Origin: Eukaryota sp. TZLM1-RC
Lineage: Eukaryota; Protista; Metamonada: BaSk clade
Assembly: GCA_040285825.1 (NCBI GenBank)
Contig: JAUPSS010000009.1
Span: forward strand, 744,001 to 808,000
Reading direction: 5' to 3'
DNA: 64,000 bases
A program made the position numbers and the translations under genes. The notes beneath the pieces are model-generated. The model searched no databases and was not told where the DNA came from. It was given only the letters and a program-made list of their open reading frames with translations. Every line of letters begins with the position of its first letter. Position 1 is the stretch's first letter. Positions 45,213 through 57,837 of this stretch are shown here, in pieces.

Positions 45213-46181
45213 CTAAACCCAACCAAACCTAGATTTTTTAGGTTTAATATTCCGCTGACTCCCCATTTCCTTATAACTAACCAATTCCCGAGTCTTGGAT
45301 TCTTTTTTCTCCTTACCAAGCCATGTATCTTCATTGTAGGGTAAATCACTTTTATTAATAGTTCCAACATAAACACCTCTTCCACTGGTATTAGAAGCAC
45401 AAAAAGAGTCATCAAAATTAGAACAAGGTGGTGAAGCTGGAGGTGTTTCTAGTGAAAAGTCCTCAGAATTTGCACAATCAATAGGATTGATTGATTGAAA
45501 TGATTGATTATGATCTTCCTTCATAGCTAACCTCCTGGCTGTTCTCGCTCGATGTAATTGAACCCAACTCTTAGGTAAACATTTGGAAGCTGAATAAGTA
45601 GTGGGACAAGGAGGGTATTCAGTTTCAAGAAAAGCCTCGTTGATTTCGTGAGAAGTCAGTAATTTTGATTGAATTTGATTATCTGTATTAGGATTATAAC
45701 CATCAACTCTATCAACAGGACAATTCAAGGGGAATGAAGGAGAGGAATTGCATAAAGTAAACCCAGGAGAGGAAGCAGTACAGTAAGAATTACGGAGATG
45801 GCGAGACGTTGAGGTAGAAGTGTGGGGTTTGGCACTGAGGGAAGGTGAGCGGAAAGGGTGATAAACAGATGTATTAGGGGTAGTGTTAGACGTACGTGGA
45901 GAGGCAGACATAGTGGGACGAGGAGATGGTGGTACAGATCGAGGGCAGGGTCGTGGTGACATGTTTTGTGAAGTAGTAGTTGATGGACGTTGAGATGAAA
46001 AAAAAGAGCAATTGAATGATGAGAACGTATCAGAGAAGTCTGAGCGAGGACTATTGGTGTATCTTGGACTTTGATCGCGAGATGGTGGAATCATACGGTG
46101 GTTACGGAAGAAGTTCGTTCTGTCAAGCGAAACAGAAGCAAGTAGATGGGCTCGCTGGTCTCTCAAAGACGGACTCTGCAT
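45213..46181 (-). CDS. Hypothetical Ser/Pro/Arg-rich protein (322 aa)
   Basis: Long open frame with higher GC than flanks; low complexity; no domain recognised. Confidence 0.6.
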   Translation of the reverse strand: MQSPSLRDQRAHLLASVSLDRTNFFRNHRMIPPSRDQSPRYTNSPRSDFSDTFSSFNCSFFSSQRPSTTTSQNMSPRPCPRSVPPSPRPTMSASPRTSNTTPNTSVYHPFRSPSLSAKPHTSTSTSRHLRNSYCTASSPGFTLCNSSPSFPLNCPVDRVDGYNPNTDNQIQSKLLTSHEINEAFLETEYPPCPTTYSASKCLPKSWVQLHRARTARRLAMKEDHNQSFQSINPIDCANSEDFSLETPPASPPCSNFDDSFCASNTSGRGVYVGTINKSDLPYNEDTWLGKEKKESKTRELVSYKEMGSQRNIKPKKSRFGWV

Positions 46182-46329
46182 ATGGACGTCCTTTACAACA
46201 CAATTTGGCTTGTTGTTTCAAAATTCAAGGAGGACCTTGTGCTGTATTTTGTTGAATGAAATTTGCGTATTGTTTTCTGAGAATTACGAACTTCATTTAT
46301 TAATATACTTTTTGTTATTTATTTTTTGT

Positions 46330-46738
46330 TTTTTTGTATTATTAATTTTGTTAAAAACCTAGACATCAACATCTAAATAATCCATCTCTCCCAAAACAAA
46401 ACACTGGATGCAACTCTCTCATAGTGAGGTCCAAGAGAATGCAAAGCATCAGAAACCATCTTCAACATCCTCTTAAAAATAAGAAACACAATTCTGTTCT
46501 GCCAATACAATCTGTTGAAATTTCTGTTAGTTCTTGTCTTAACAATCATTCAAAATCTTCCAAAAAACGTATAGCCGTTGGAGCAAGTGGACCAAAAAGA
46601 GAAGATACAAATGGTTACAAACTGTATTTTGCATGCTGTAGACTGGCCAATTTGGAGAAAGGTTCATCGTATTTTTCGATTTTGAAATTTTCAGCATTTG
46701 AAAGAGGATTATGAATTTCAGATTTAACAAGCCTTTCA
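46330..46738 (-). mobile_element. 3' end of CRE family A
   Basis: Close match to 2780-3190. Confidence 0.85.
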
Positions 46739-46835
46739 GTGCAGTTTTGTATTATTCATCAGCAAGGACAAGGAGAAGATTGACATTTGATTTTAATAAA
46801 AGTTCGTTGAAAGAATTGTAAGAGTCAGCTGTCAT

Positions 46836-46973
46836 TGATTCCGTTAGGCAGAAATACCAAAGATGAAAAGAAGAAAAGAGAGCTTTATTAATAAAAATAC
46901 TTGTTCTTGAACAAGTACCACGTCATCACTTCTTGTAATATTCATAGAAGTTCTCTTGTAGTGTGTACCATCA
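46836..46973 (-). mobile_element. Solo LTR related to the array LTR, with TCAT target-site duplication
   Basis: Plus strand tgattccgttaggcagaaataccaaaga...ttattaataaaaatacttgttcttgaacaagtaccacgtcatca matches the reverse complement of the array LTR 3' two-thirds; TCAT at 46832-46835 and 46974-46977. Confidence 0.85.
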
Positions 46974-46979
46974 TCATTT

Positions 46980-47480
46980 GGGTCATCAAGAATAAATTTT
47001 CATTGCAAAGACTCTATAAAATACTCTACTCGATGTGATTTTCCCATGTCATAAATTTGGTCCCTAACATTGTTGGGCACTTTACTTCTAAATGAAATAA
47101 AATGATGACAGCTCAGAAGATGAGGTAAGAAAAGTGGTTTAAAACATTCAAATGTTAAATCATTAGGCGAATTGTTTTAAAATAAAATACAACCAAAACG
47201 AAAGCGCACTTTGAAAGCAATCGATTGTTATTAAAAAAGCCCATTTAAGGAAGGAATTTGGGTTACTAAAGCAGCAGAAGGACTATTACGATTGACTTAT
47301 AATATTTTCGAAAGTGAAACTTTGAGTTTTGGCCAAGCCAAGTCTTACTTTATGACCCAAGCTTTCATATAATTTAAGCAGATAATGCTGAAACTGGTTC
47401 ATGCAAAAACGTAAATTTGGGGGTGATCGGTTGAGGTCTTTTTAATAATTCTGAAGAAACACTCAATACCATTATCAATG
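46980..47480 (-). mobile_element. Decayed CRE-type fragment
   Basis: Reverse-complement similarity to 41630-42120. Confidence 0.65.
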
Positions 47481-47889
47481 GGCGAATGTAAATCATTTTT
47501 TTTAAATCTTGGCCCTAATCATGCTTTCCATTTTGTTGACGGAAATGCCATGATTGATGTAAATAATGACGACTTTCCTTTTGCTTGAGAACTTGCCATT
47601 TTCCACTTGAGAGATGCCTTCTGACTCGTTATTCTCTGCTGTAAACTTCTGATACTTGAAGCTGTTTCCCCTTCAACTAAGTATTAAAGAGATGCTGTCA
47701 ATTTCTTAAATACTGGTCACGGAATGTGTCTCAAATTTTGAATCAATTACAGGATATTTAAATATGATCGTATTTATTCCAAAGACGAAGTATTTCATTT
47801 GTGGGGAGGAGGAGAAGTCTTGGAAAATCAAATTTCGATTTTTCATTTTGAGCTACTAGCAAGCACTACACCATTTACCTTAAATATTA

Positions 47890-49635
47890 TATTTATTGAA
47901 TTTGCACACTTGATTAAATTAAATCATAACTAATGGGACGACTATCATTAAACCAAGATTTCCTCTACAAAATCTTGATTTGCTTGCTGTCTAGCTAAAG
48001 CTTCTCTAATTCGATTGAAAAACCGCGGTAATCTATTAATAATGGCAAATTGAATCCGTGAACGCCATACAAAAATATCAAATTTTTCATTGTTTTTTCT
48101 TTCACCATTTTTTGGAAGTCATCCAAAAAAAGTTTCTGCTTCAACTGATAATCTTCCATTTATCGAAAATGGGAAAGCAATAAAAACCAGCTGTGTATTT
48201 CTATCGACATTTGCATCTTCAATTTCTTTATTATATTTTCTATGTTTTTCTTTTGCTTTAAAATCCAGAGCAGCCACAGGATTAAGTTTTCTTCTGTGAA
48301 CCAAAATATCGTTTGCAACATTACATGAGACAAAGTCAACAATAGCTTCAGAATTATCAATCCAATCACAGTATACATCACCTCTATCATCAGAACCAAA
48401 ATTATTCAGAGAAAGTGTTTCCTTCAGCAGGGGCTCTTTGATACACGATATCCTTGCAGTTTGTACCATATTGAAAACAGTGTCTCTAACAGCATCATGT
48501 AATGAAGAACGATAAGTTATCAATTTAGAGCAATTCAGAGCATGACTCAAAGTGAGTTGAGGTGAATTCGAACAAATACATTTTTCTTTTGATAATAATT
48601 GGTTAATGGGGATGTTCAAATATAATCTCATTTTTGTTACAAATGCTTCATTAGTGGCACACAATCCAAATCTTCGTGGTACAATGGTTACAAAAAGTGA
48701 AGAATCTGACGCCTTGTTTTCACAAATACCCTTTTCCAATAACAATGAGTGAATATCTTGATTTAAAACAGCCGAGCTGCAAATATTATTATAAAGATCT
48801 TTTTCATACATTCCAGTCAATCTTTTCTGTAATGTTCGAAGAGTGTACTTCAAATTTAAAACATTTTTTTCTGGAATATTGCCATTGAATGATTGGGGAA
48901 AACATCGACCCCATTTTTCTACATCAATTTTTGAAATTTCTTCATTTAATGCAAAAAACAGTGGAACTTTGCGTTGTCATCAATAAATCTTCCCAATCTG
49001 CAAATCTTTCGGAAAACTCAAAGATTGCAATTCTGCATCCACCAACAAAGGCACACGAGGTAAGAATAGAAGCCTTCGTCCACCCTAAACCACCATAATG
49101 TGGACTAAGGTAAGCATGATCTAGAATTTGAAACATTTTACATCCCAGTAATTGAGACAGAACTTTTGCACGTAACTCATTAAACTTCTGAGCCAAAGGT
49201 CTAGTGACGAGAGGATTTGTAGATCGAAATATATGATTAAAATTGGAACTAAAACACAGTCTTATAATGGTAAATTTGATGTGTTTTTTTATATCTAAAT
49301 TCATCATTCGGTCAATTTTGTCAGAAATTGAGTTCAACTTTTCAAACAATTTTTTGGTAATTTCATCATTATTTCCTAAAAACGAACCCAAATGACGAAT
49401 AGCATCAATTGAATATAATTTGGCTTGAATTTCAATATCATCAATTATTGTGGAAACTGGAGAATTCGATAACAAAACACATTTAAGTAAATTAAGTCGG
49501 AGACCAATTTTGGTAAATAATTCTTTAAAACATACAGTTGCTTTTTTCACAATATTTAAATCACCAATAAGCACAACATCATCCATATATGCAATCATTT
49601 TTAGTGAAGGATATTTAAATTGAAAACTCATCTTT
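47890..49635 (-). mobile_element. 5'-truncated CRE-type non-LTR element, family B
   Basis: IAYMDD, GLRLN..K, HLGSFLG, YGGLG, CIC..HALNC..H, RGDVYCD..D..K..KY; frameshifted. Confidence 0.9.
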
Positions 49636-49699
49636 ATTCAATTTTTTCCTTGAGATCAGTAAATCGTTGAGAATTTATTCTGCTCAAAATTTGATACTC

Positions 49700-50690
49700 T
49701 GAAAGAAAAACTGACTGATTGAGATCATGTGTTCCTTCCATCGTCGATTCTTCAATTAATTATGGGTAGAGTCCCTTTCTGAATATATGAATAAATCCAG
49801 CAATGTGGCAAATTTTCATTTCCTTGAAAAATTTTGGAGAATGATTGACAATCTCCCCTATTTTGTACCACTTGACTTTGATCAATGGAAGAAAAACTTT
49901 TATTTATGAATTTTCTCGTAGATTTTCTGAAATTAATCAACGGTTGGATCTTAAAACCTGCAAACATTTTTTTGTCAGTTATATTAGCCTCAACGTTGAT
50001 TAACACTTGTCCAAATTTTCTGACCCACAGCAAACAACTTGAACTTTGTATCAACCTATTTTCTATATTTGGGTCATTTGCTCCCACCGGTTGATATTCT
50101 TTGACAGATTGTGAACTGACTGTTGAATGAAGGATAAATTAAAATCTTGACAGATTCTTCCATCAAAAATTAAAAATATGGAAAAAAATTGCTTTCCAAT
50201 TTTGTGTGAGATGTTGAAGATTGTTTCCGATACACTGTGTTCTTTTGGACTTCATTATGCGACCATTGCAGTTAGTTGTGGTGTTTTTGCAGAGATGGAT
50301 TATTTAGCTTGTGATTCAGAAGACATTTGTCAAACATATTATGATGCCCCAACATAAGTTCCTCACCGCTTTAAACATTTAAATTCACCAAAACTATGTT
50401 CTACTTTTAGGCCTACTTTTTTCATGAATAAGCGGTTACGTTGCCGAATTTGGACTGATATCGTGTCTCATTAAGAAATAGCCCCACATTATTTGTTCAA
50501 TTTGAGAAATTTTACTTTCCGAGCTAAAGTTGATAATGCAGTGAGGGAAAACCAATACTGTACATCGAAATCACACAAAATGGATTCCTATTTAAAACCC
50601 TTGCTCTCTTCTGTGGTCCATGAAGAGAAGTTGAATTCTTCTGGTCGATTTTAGGTGATTCAATGCGATAAGTGCTTGAAGGGACAGCCC
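49700..50690. mobile_element. Jumbled, highly decayed CRE-type fragments
   Basis: Remnants such as 'FSIFGSFAP' and 'gagatggattatttag'. Confidence 0.45.
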
Positions 50691-51478
50691 TAGAATGATA
50701 TTTGTAATGTTTTATTTAACCTATGGCTCAGTGAAAACACAAGAATCTCCTGACTGTCATCGGAAATCAATAAGCAGACGGCAAAGTTGCTGATACTGAC
50801 ATTGTTCTTTGACATACATTCTCCTGATATGGACCCCTTGTCTTCATCAAATAATTGTATGGAATTTGTGAATCAGTGTACATGAAAATTGTTTGATTTG
50901 TTTTGTTAGCAGAAAAGATTTTGCATTTTCAAATTTTATCGATGTTATTATCTACTGCTTTGTTACCTCTTGGACGGTTTTATGAAAGAAAGACTGCCAT
51001 TCAATTCTTTTTGACTAATTCAGTATAAGATATAGACTTTTAAGTTTGTTTTCTTATAAACAGGAGATTTCTTCGTCACTGTTTTGCTTTTAGGAAAATA
51101 CTTTTGTTAAACACGGAAAATTTCAAATCAACGATAGCTCACTAAGTGACAACTTTTAAAAACCGGTGAAGTTCACTTTGATTCCGCTACTGGTGATACC
51201 TCTCCACGGTACCCCTCAGTGATTCAAACATTTGAACTCACTCAACCAGAACAAATACAATGAAAAATAGGTTGTACTATGATTACATTTGACAAGAACA
51301 ATTCAAACTTTCTTAGTATAATAAATACTCAATCTATTGCACAATCTTGAAACAGTTTAGCCGTATAATTAAAACCTTTCCAGAAGGTGAAGTGTTTCAA
51401 AACTTTTGCTAATAATATATAACAATATATAGAAACATGTAAATTTTGAGTTACCACTATTTATTTACAAAACTAAAC

Positions 51479-52555
51479 CTACTCTTCTTTCCAATCTTCC
51501 ATCGTGTCATAGATGAAATTAATAGCGGCTTCTTCATTCTTATCCATGGCCATGTATGCTTGGGCAACCACTGCTCTAGGAGCTCCTGTAATGCCCTCTA
51601 TTCTCTGCACGGCTTCCATTTCCTCTTCTGACAACCGCAACACTTGCTGACCAGAACCACCATCCCCTACATCTTGGGACAGCACTTGAGCCAGAGCTTG
51701 AGGGTTTTGCTGAATATACATTGCTAGTTGAGGGTTAGATTGGGCTAATTGGGTGATAAACTCTCGAAGAGCATTGGGATCAGATAGAATTCGTTGCCGT
51801 AATTGTGACCAACCAGGAACTTGTGTTAACCCCATAAGAGGATTTCCTTGCATTCCAGCCGCACTTTGCTGTTGTTGCTGATGAGGTTGGGGTTGAGAGC
51901 TAAGATCAATACCAGACTCGATAAGTTCGACTGCACGAGCAACATCATTGTTGGAAAGGCTAAGGGCTTGGCGAGAGATTTGCTCCTCAAAGCCCATGTC
52001 CTTGAGAAAATCCAAAGATGACTGATCGACTTCAACAGGTTGACTGGGTTGTTGTTGTTGTTGGGGTTGTTGGGGTTGTTGAAGGGAAGCAGCTTGCTGA
52101 AGATCACCCAAGTTAAAGGCGGGGGGTACACCTGAGGGCATCTGAGGACGGGATGGAGGAGGAGCTGTCACTTCAGGGAAAGCAGTCTCTTGAGAAGGAG
52201 CCGATTCAACAGATTGTGTAGGTTGAGCTTGTGATGTTGATGGAGTGGAGGTAGGAGTACTACTTGGTTGCTGCGCAGGTGTTGATGATGGTTTGGGTTC
52301 TGAAGGTGGTTGTTGTGGCTTCGGAGTTTTTTGAAGAACAGCGATGAGACAGTCTGATTCTGTAATGAAACTATTGGAGACCGATTCATCGTCTTTAAGG
52401 ACTCTGCCTTTATGTACCAATCGGAGGGAAGAATCCTTCGGATCGGCATTAATCTGTTCCATAGTTTTGGTCTTTAAGGTTTTGATGAGTTCATCTGGGC
52501 TTACATCTACGTCCACTATACGGGAAGGAGATAGAAACTTGATTTTGACTTGCAT
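51479..52555 (-). CDS. RAD23: UV excision repair / ubiquitin receptor RAD23
   Basis: N-terminal UBL (LRLVHKGRVLKDD), UBA1 (DMGF..AL...NNDVARAVELI), STI1/XPC-binding (QLAQSNPQLAMYIQQNPQ), UBA2 (EAVQRI..VAQAYMAMDKNEEAAINFI). Confidence 0.93.
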   Translation of the reverse strand: MQVKIKFLSPSRIVDVDVSPDELIKTLKTKTMEQINADPKDSSLRLVHKGRVLKDDESVSNSFITESDCLIAVLQKTPKPQQPPSEPKPSSTPAQQPSSTPTSTPSTSQAQPTQSVESAPSQETAFPEVTAPPPSRPQMPSGVPPAFNLGDLQQAASLQQPQQPQQQQQPSQPVEVDQSSLDFLKDMGFEEQISRQALSLSNNDVARAVELIESGIDLSSQPQPHQQQQQSAAGMQGNPLMGLTQVPGWSQLRQRILSDPNALREFITQLAQSNPQLAMYIQQNPQALAQVLSQDVGDGGSGQQVLRLSEEEMEAVQRIEGITGAPRAVVAQAYMAMDKNEEAAINFIYDTMEDWKEE

Positions 52556-53049
52556 TGAGTAAGAGGAACAATATCAGATTTTTGAGGTAAATTTCAGTAG
52601 ACATATGTGGTAAATACAGAGACTTTGCTCAGAAAAATACCAGAAATACAAGAAATACAGTGCAAAAATACAATAAAGAGACATTGGTGCGTCATATAAA
52701 TACCAGCAATTGGGTAATAAATTCCAACAACAAATGACAAGCCAACTTATACTTTTATTGCGGAATCACCCCCAAAAACTACAAAACAAACAAGCAACTA
52801 TCATACATGAGTGGCTGTGCACTCGCTTAATTGTTTTGAAAAGGCATTCAATTTGTTACAGCAGTTGATCCTTTTCTTTGTGATCTTCTTTCCTGCTTTC
52901 GGAGAAATACATCATTCTACTATATGAAATGACTGAAAATCTATGAAACTACTGACTGGATCTACAAATGTTCTTAATAATAATTAAATCTAAAAATCGA
53001 GAAGTGTTTCTGTTCACAAAAGAGGGGGAGTACCTAAAACAATAACAGT

Positions 53050-53340
53050 CGGACTGCGAGGACGTTTTGGTGTTGCGTGAAGCTACCATATCCCAGAGGA
53101 TTCTTTGATGTGGTTACCTTCATAGCCAAGCCAATTGGAAGAGTCTGATCATCGGAAAAGGAATCAATATTGACCATTGAAAGACATGAAAAGATAATAC
53201 AAAGATACAGAAAGGGGGAATTGTAAAATACAACAAATACAATGTATTTGTATTTTCCAGGTATGGTCTAAGATCTAATATAGTGCAGTGGCTACGTAAC
53301 TTTCCCTTTCCAGAAAGTGGATCACGTCATCATAGCTCTA
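53050..53340 (+). mobile_element. Possible 3' relic of an LTR retrotransposon (purine tract followed by TG)
   Basis: AGAAAGGGGGAAT-TGTAAAATAC at about 53209-53231; weak chromodomain-like peptide upstream. Confidence 0.3.
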
Positions 53341-53379
53341 AATTCTTGCGTTTAGTTTTTTTTTCGGATTTCACCACAA

Positions 53380-54870
53380 GAGAACTTCTATGAATCTGAC
53401 AAGACGTGATCTGGTTGTTCCCGGCTTAGATGGAAGCTTTACTATTTGAGATGCTCTGTCTGTTGACCCTTGTAATTCTTCGAACGAACTTATCAAGAAT
53501 TCAAATGTCAATCCTCTCCTTGTCCTTGCTGATGAAAAATACAAAATTGCTATCATGGCGAAACCCATTTGTTCTGTCAATGAAACAAATGCTCATGCCC
53601 AGTATTACTTATGTCCCCTTGTTTGTTTCCCTGCTCGTATTTTAAGGTGAGGCTGTTTTGGCTTTCCTTGAGGATTTGAATACAGTTGTAAACAACAGGA
53701 CTGGAAGAATTTCCATTGTGTTTACTTGCAAAACAAATTTTATTTCCTATAATGAAATGGTGAAGTCATTTTCTGATCGACGTTCTTCTGCTGGTAAATT
53801 ATGGTTAATTTCAGATGCAGTCGATATTTGATTGAGTCATCTTGTGAACCCTATAGAATGTCACCAAAAATTTGGACCAAGTGTTTTCCCCATTCAATTC
53901 AAGAAATTCTAAAATGATCTCTTTTTAATTTGCAGTTCAGCTGTAAAAAACTTCAACAAAAATTGTCAATGATTTTTGTAAGCATGGATTTTGATGTTAG
54001 ACTTAGCCTGGCCAGGAAAAAGAATCCCGCTGTTTCAAATCTTTTACAAGATATGTGATATAGTACATCTTCTGCCTTAGTAACAACAATTCCTCAAGTT
54101 TATGGCATTCACTTAACTGATTCTGCTTGTACTTTTAACATGAGATTTCGTTCCTTTATCTGGCCTGATCATATTCCTCTTAATTTAGTTTGTAAATGTT
54201 CTCGAAAAATGACAATTACTCATCTGTTAAATTGTAAAGATTTTATTACATTTAGAAGCAAGGTTCATGATGCTGTAAAGACCAATTATATTGTATGTGT
54301 AAGTCTCATAGAATTGAAGTTTTTTAGAACCTCTGTTGTCAAGTCTGTTTGATACTGAAGGTGATTTTCATAATTTCTATGAAGGTGATGTCATATTACC
54401 TGGATTGGACGGAACCTGTATATTTTATTGGATGTAATGTCTGTTCAAATATATAAATATGTCTGTCCTTGTGATGCCTCAAATAAAAAGCTTGCTAATT
54501 TTGAAATTCATAATCCACTTTCAAAGGCTGAAATTTCGATAGCAAAAAATACAATGAACCTTTGTCCAAACAGTTTAGCCAACAGAATGTAAAATGTTAT
54601 TTGTATCTATTTGTATTTTCTCTATTTGGTTCACTTGCTTTCACGGCTATACGCTTCTTGGGAGCTTTTGAAATGATTGTAAAGAGAAGAACTAACACAA
54701 ATTTTAACAAAACAGATTTGTGTTTTCTATTTTCAAGGGGTTGTTGAAGATGGTTTTTCATGCTTTGTTTTCTCTTGGATATCGCTATGAGAGAGTTGCA
54801 TCCATTTGTTTAGTTTTGGGAGAGATGGATTATTTAGATGTTGAATTGTAAGGTTTCTAATGAATGGATA
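53380..54870 (+). mobile_element. Two decayed CRE-type 3' fragments
   Basis: 53390-53770 resembles 42140-42530; 53860-54850 resembles reverse complement of 2820-3800, ending EMDYLDVEL*. Confidence 0.8.
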
Positions 54871-55666
54871 TATTTCAAAAAAAGTTGGTATTTTTCCAAC
54901 TCTTTAACAATTTTTTGTTTCGATGTATGAAAGACGGCTTTTGAGAATGTGTGGGCAATAATTGTATAGTTGATGATTTTTCATTCAATATTTTGAAAAT
55001 AGATATTGCATTGAAATTGAAAAGGTATCAGCAACAAGACCAAGAAGCATCATTCATTGTCGTTATACACACTGGTAGAGGACTCAAACAATATAACTGT
55101 TATCAGTAACTGTATCAACAATAATCAAACCCAGCTGACGAGATAATGATATTATATGCAGCTATTGTAAAGAATTGAAATAGATGAACAAATGTATTCA
55201 TTGTTGAATTGTCGATTGTGTGTATTTTACCCATAATGTCAGATGTATTAAGGATTTAAGAGGACCTATAGTACAGTTTAGATGTTTTTAACAATTATTT
55301 TGTCTCAATGACCTTGCAGATCAAGATATGGTAAAGAAAGTCTTTGTTCATTGAATTTTGTCCCATTAGTTATGAGTTTATTTCGTTAAGTAAGTTTAAT
55401 AAATATTAATTATGGCACTTTCTTAAAACAATGGTGTGTTATTTGGTCAATACATACTCATGATTACATTTTTTATTGATTTTGTATATATTTAAATTAA
55501 TGAGTTTATAAATTTACAAAGATTATGTTGTAAGAATAGTAAACAAATTAAAAAGTAAACAGATGGATAGTGCAAACTAATAAATCCATTGGTGTAAGTG
55601 TAAGAGTATCGTTTTCGATACGATTAACTTTTGAGATTAATTTTAACTTATTTTCCAAACCACAGT

Positions 55667-55960
55667 CTAAATGTCAATATCTTCAAAACAAGCTTCCACA
55701 CAATCAAACCTCACAGCAGCATTGTCTTCGTAATGTGCACTGACAGACATCAAAGTTTTCGAAATCATTTTAGGAATTGATTTGAAAATGGTTAAAACAA
55801 TACGATTTAACCACAAGCGACGATCAAAACGCATATTCATTCTTCTTCTTACAAGATATTCAAAATCATCAATAAAATTCATAGCAGTTTCTCAAAGACG
55901 ACCATATAACGATATAGCAAAATACGATAAACTGAGGGGCTCATATGAAGTTCCTAGATT
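55667..55960 (-). mobile_element. CRE-type 3' terminal fragment
   Basis: WLNRIVLTIFKSIPKMI..EACFEDIDI*. Confidence 0.75.
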
Positions 55961-56094
55961 CGTATATTGACCAATGATTATTTGTTATTATCACTGGGCA
56001 ACTCTTTAAAATCCATTATCAAGGCAGGTTTGATAAATGAAGAAAGATTTATGTATTCTGCATCATTGTTATTTTTAAAACTGGAATATTTATT

Positions 56095-57775
56095 GGGATA
56101 AAAAAAATCTATCTAGAATTCAATATCCTCCAAACGAGCGTCACTATTACTGAACGTACTCACAGCATTACGTTCATATTCTACACCAATAGCTAAAAGT
56201 ACCTTTGAAATCATTGTTGGAATAGACTTGAAAATGCAAACAACAATTCTATTTAACCAGAAAGTGGAATTCATTGTTTTACCAGACCTATTCAGTAACA
56301 CTTTTTGGAATTTTCAAAAAAGTGCAACCCTGAAGGTCCAATATTGCCAAAAAGAGAAATTGCAAACGGCACAAACTGATATTTCACATGTTCCACTCTA
56401 TCTAACTGTGCCAACGGTTCTTCATATTTTTTTATCTTCTTATTTTCGGCGTTAGATAACGGCGAATCAGCGGAATACACTAAACGAGCAGCAGAATTTT
56501 GGCAAACATCAACTGAGACAACATCTACAACATTGAGAACACCATCGATCCCTGGAGCTACTAAATCTGCCCTTCTTTTACTAAAGGAATCATCAGTTTG
56601 ATCTGAAGACAGCTTACGTACTAATGGCTCAATAAATGCCTCTATATTGAAACTTTTGCACATGGCATATAATTGATCACGAACTGAGTCATGAACAATT
56701 GAGCGATAAGTTATAAAATACTTACAGTTTAAAATATGGGAAAGCGTAACAACACTCTTGCAGCGACAAATTAAATCATTTGGTAATGTCCAAGGGCATT
56801 GAAAACATCTCATTCTCATTGCAGTACTCCATTGGTGATCATTAAGTAGAAGGCCATAAATGTTGGGAATTTGGGAGATTAGGCAACTTGAGCAACTGTC
56901 TTCAAGATCAATCAAATAGTTTGCAAAAACGGGATTTTTTTTCTTTAGCCAAGCTAAGACGTACAATATAATCCAAGTTTTCTAAAACTTTCAAGATTGT
57001 TTTCTGCAATTTTGCAAAAGTCAGTGGTAAGGAGAGCAAGCTTCTTGGAGGAAGTTCCACAATATCAGAGGGGAAACATTTAGACCAAATATTGGGTGAA
57101 AGAGTTTCAATTTCCTGTTGCAAAGAAATAAGATAAGAGCTGTCACAATTTTCAATGAGATCAATTTTTTCAGGAAAACGATTCACAAATTCATAAATAA
57201 AATTTTTACCACCTCCAATAAAGGCAGCTTTACAAAAGTAGCTTGATTTATGAAAATTAATGCCACCAAAAGTTGTACCACAGAAAATGTGGCTTCGTAA
57301 CTGAGATGCATCAATTTCCAATAATTTTGCTAAAAAACTGGTTCTTTGTTCATTAGAAATTCGACAAAACTCCAAAGAAATTGATGGTGATGTTGATCTC
57401 AAAATATGAGTAAATTTTCCAGAATAACAAATTTTTAGGAAAAAGAATTTCAAATGTGTCTCAATATGTAAATATTGTATTGATTCTAATTCATTTCCAA
57501 ATTGAGTCAACAGAGTCGAAAGTTGGCCTTTAACTTCATCAATATTTCCGAGATAACAACCCAAAACACGAAAACCAGACTGATCATAATTGATAAAGGG
57601 GACATTGACATCATTAATGAAAAAATCAATTGGTTCATGGCCAATAATCAAACATTTGGAGATATTCAATGAGAGACAAATATCTTCATAACGCTGTTGA
57701 ATAAAAGTTGCTATTTTTTTGAGAATTGTAATAGGAGCAATTACAGAAATGTCATCCATATATGGTACAATATCT
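56095..57775 (-). mobile_element. 5'-truncated CRE-type non-LTR element, family C
   Basis: PYMDD, LSLNISKC, VLGCYLG, FGGI, CRC..HILNC..H, RADLVAP..VDV..K..KY, tail RLEDIEF*; frameshifts in A-runs. Confidence 0.9.
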
Positions 57776-57837
57776 AATAGTATCATTGTGGAGAATTTTG
57801 TTTCTTTTAAATCATTTTTTGGAAAAGCCCCTATCAC

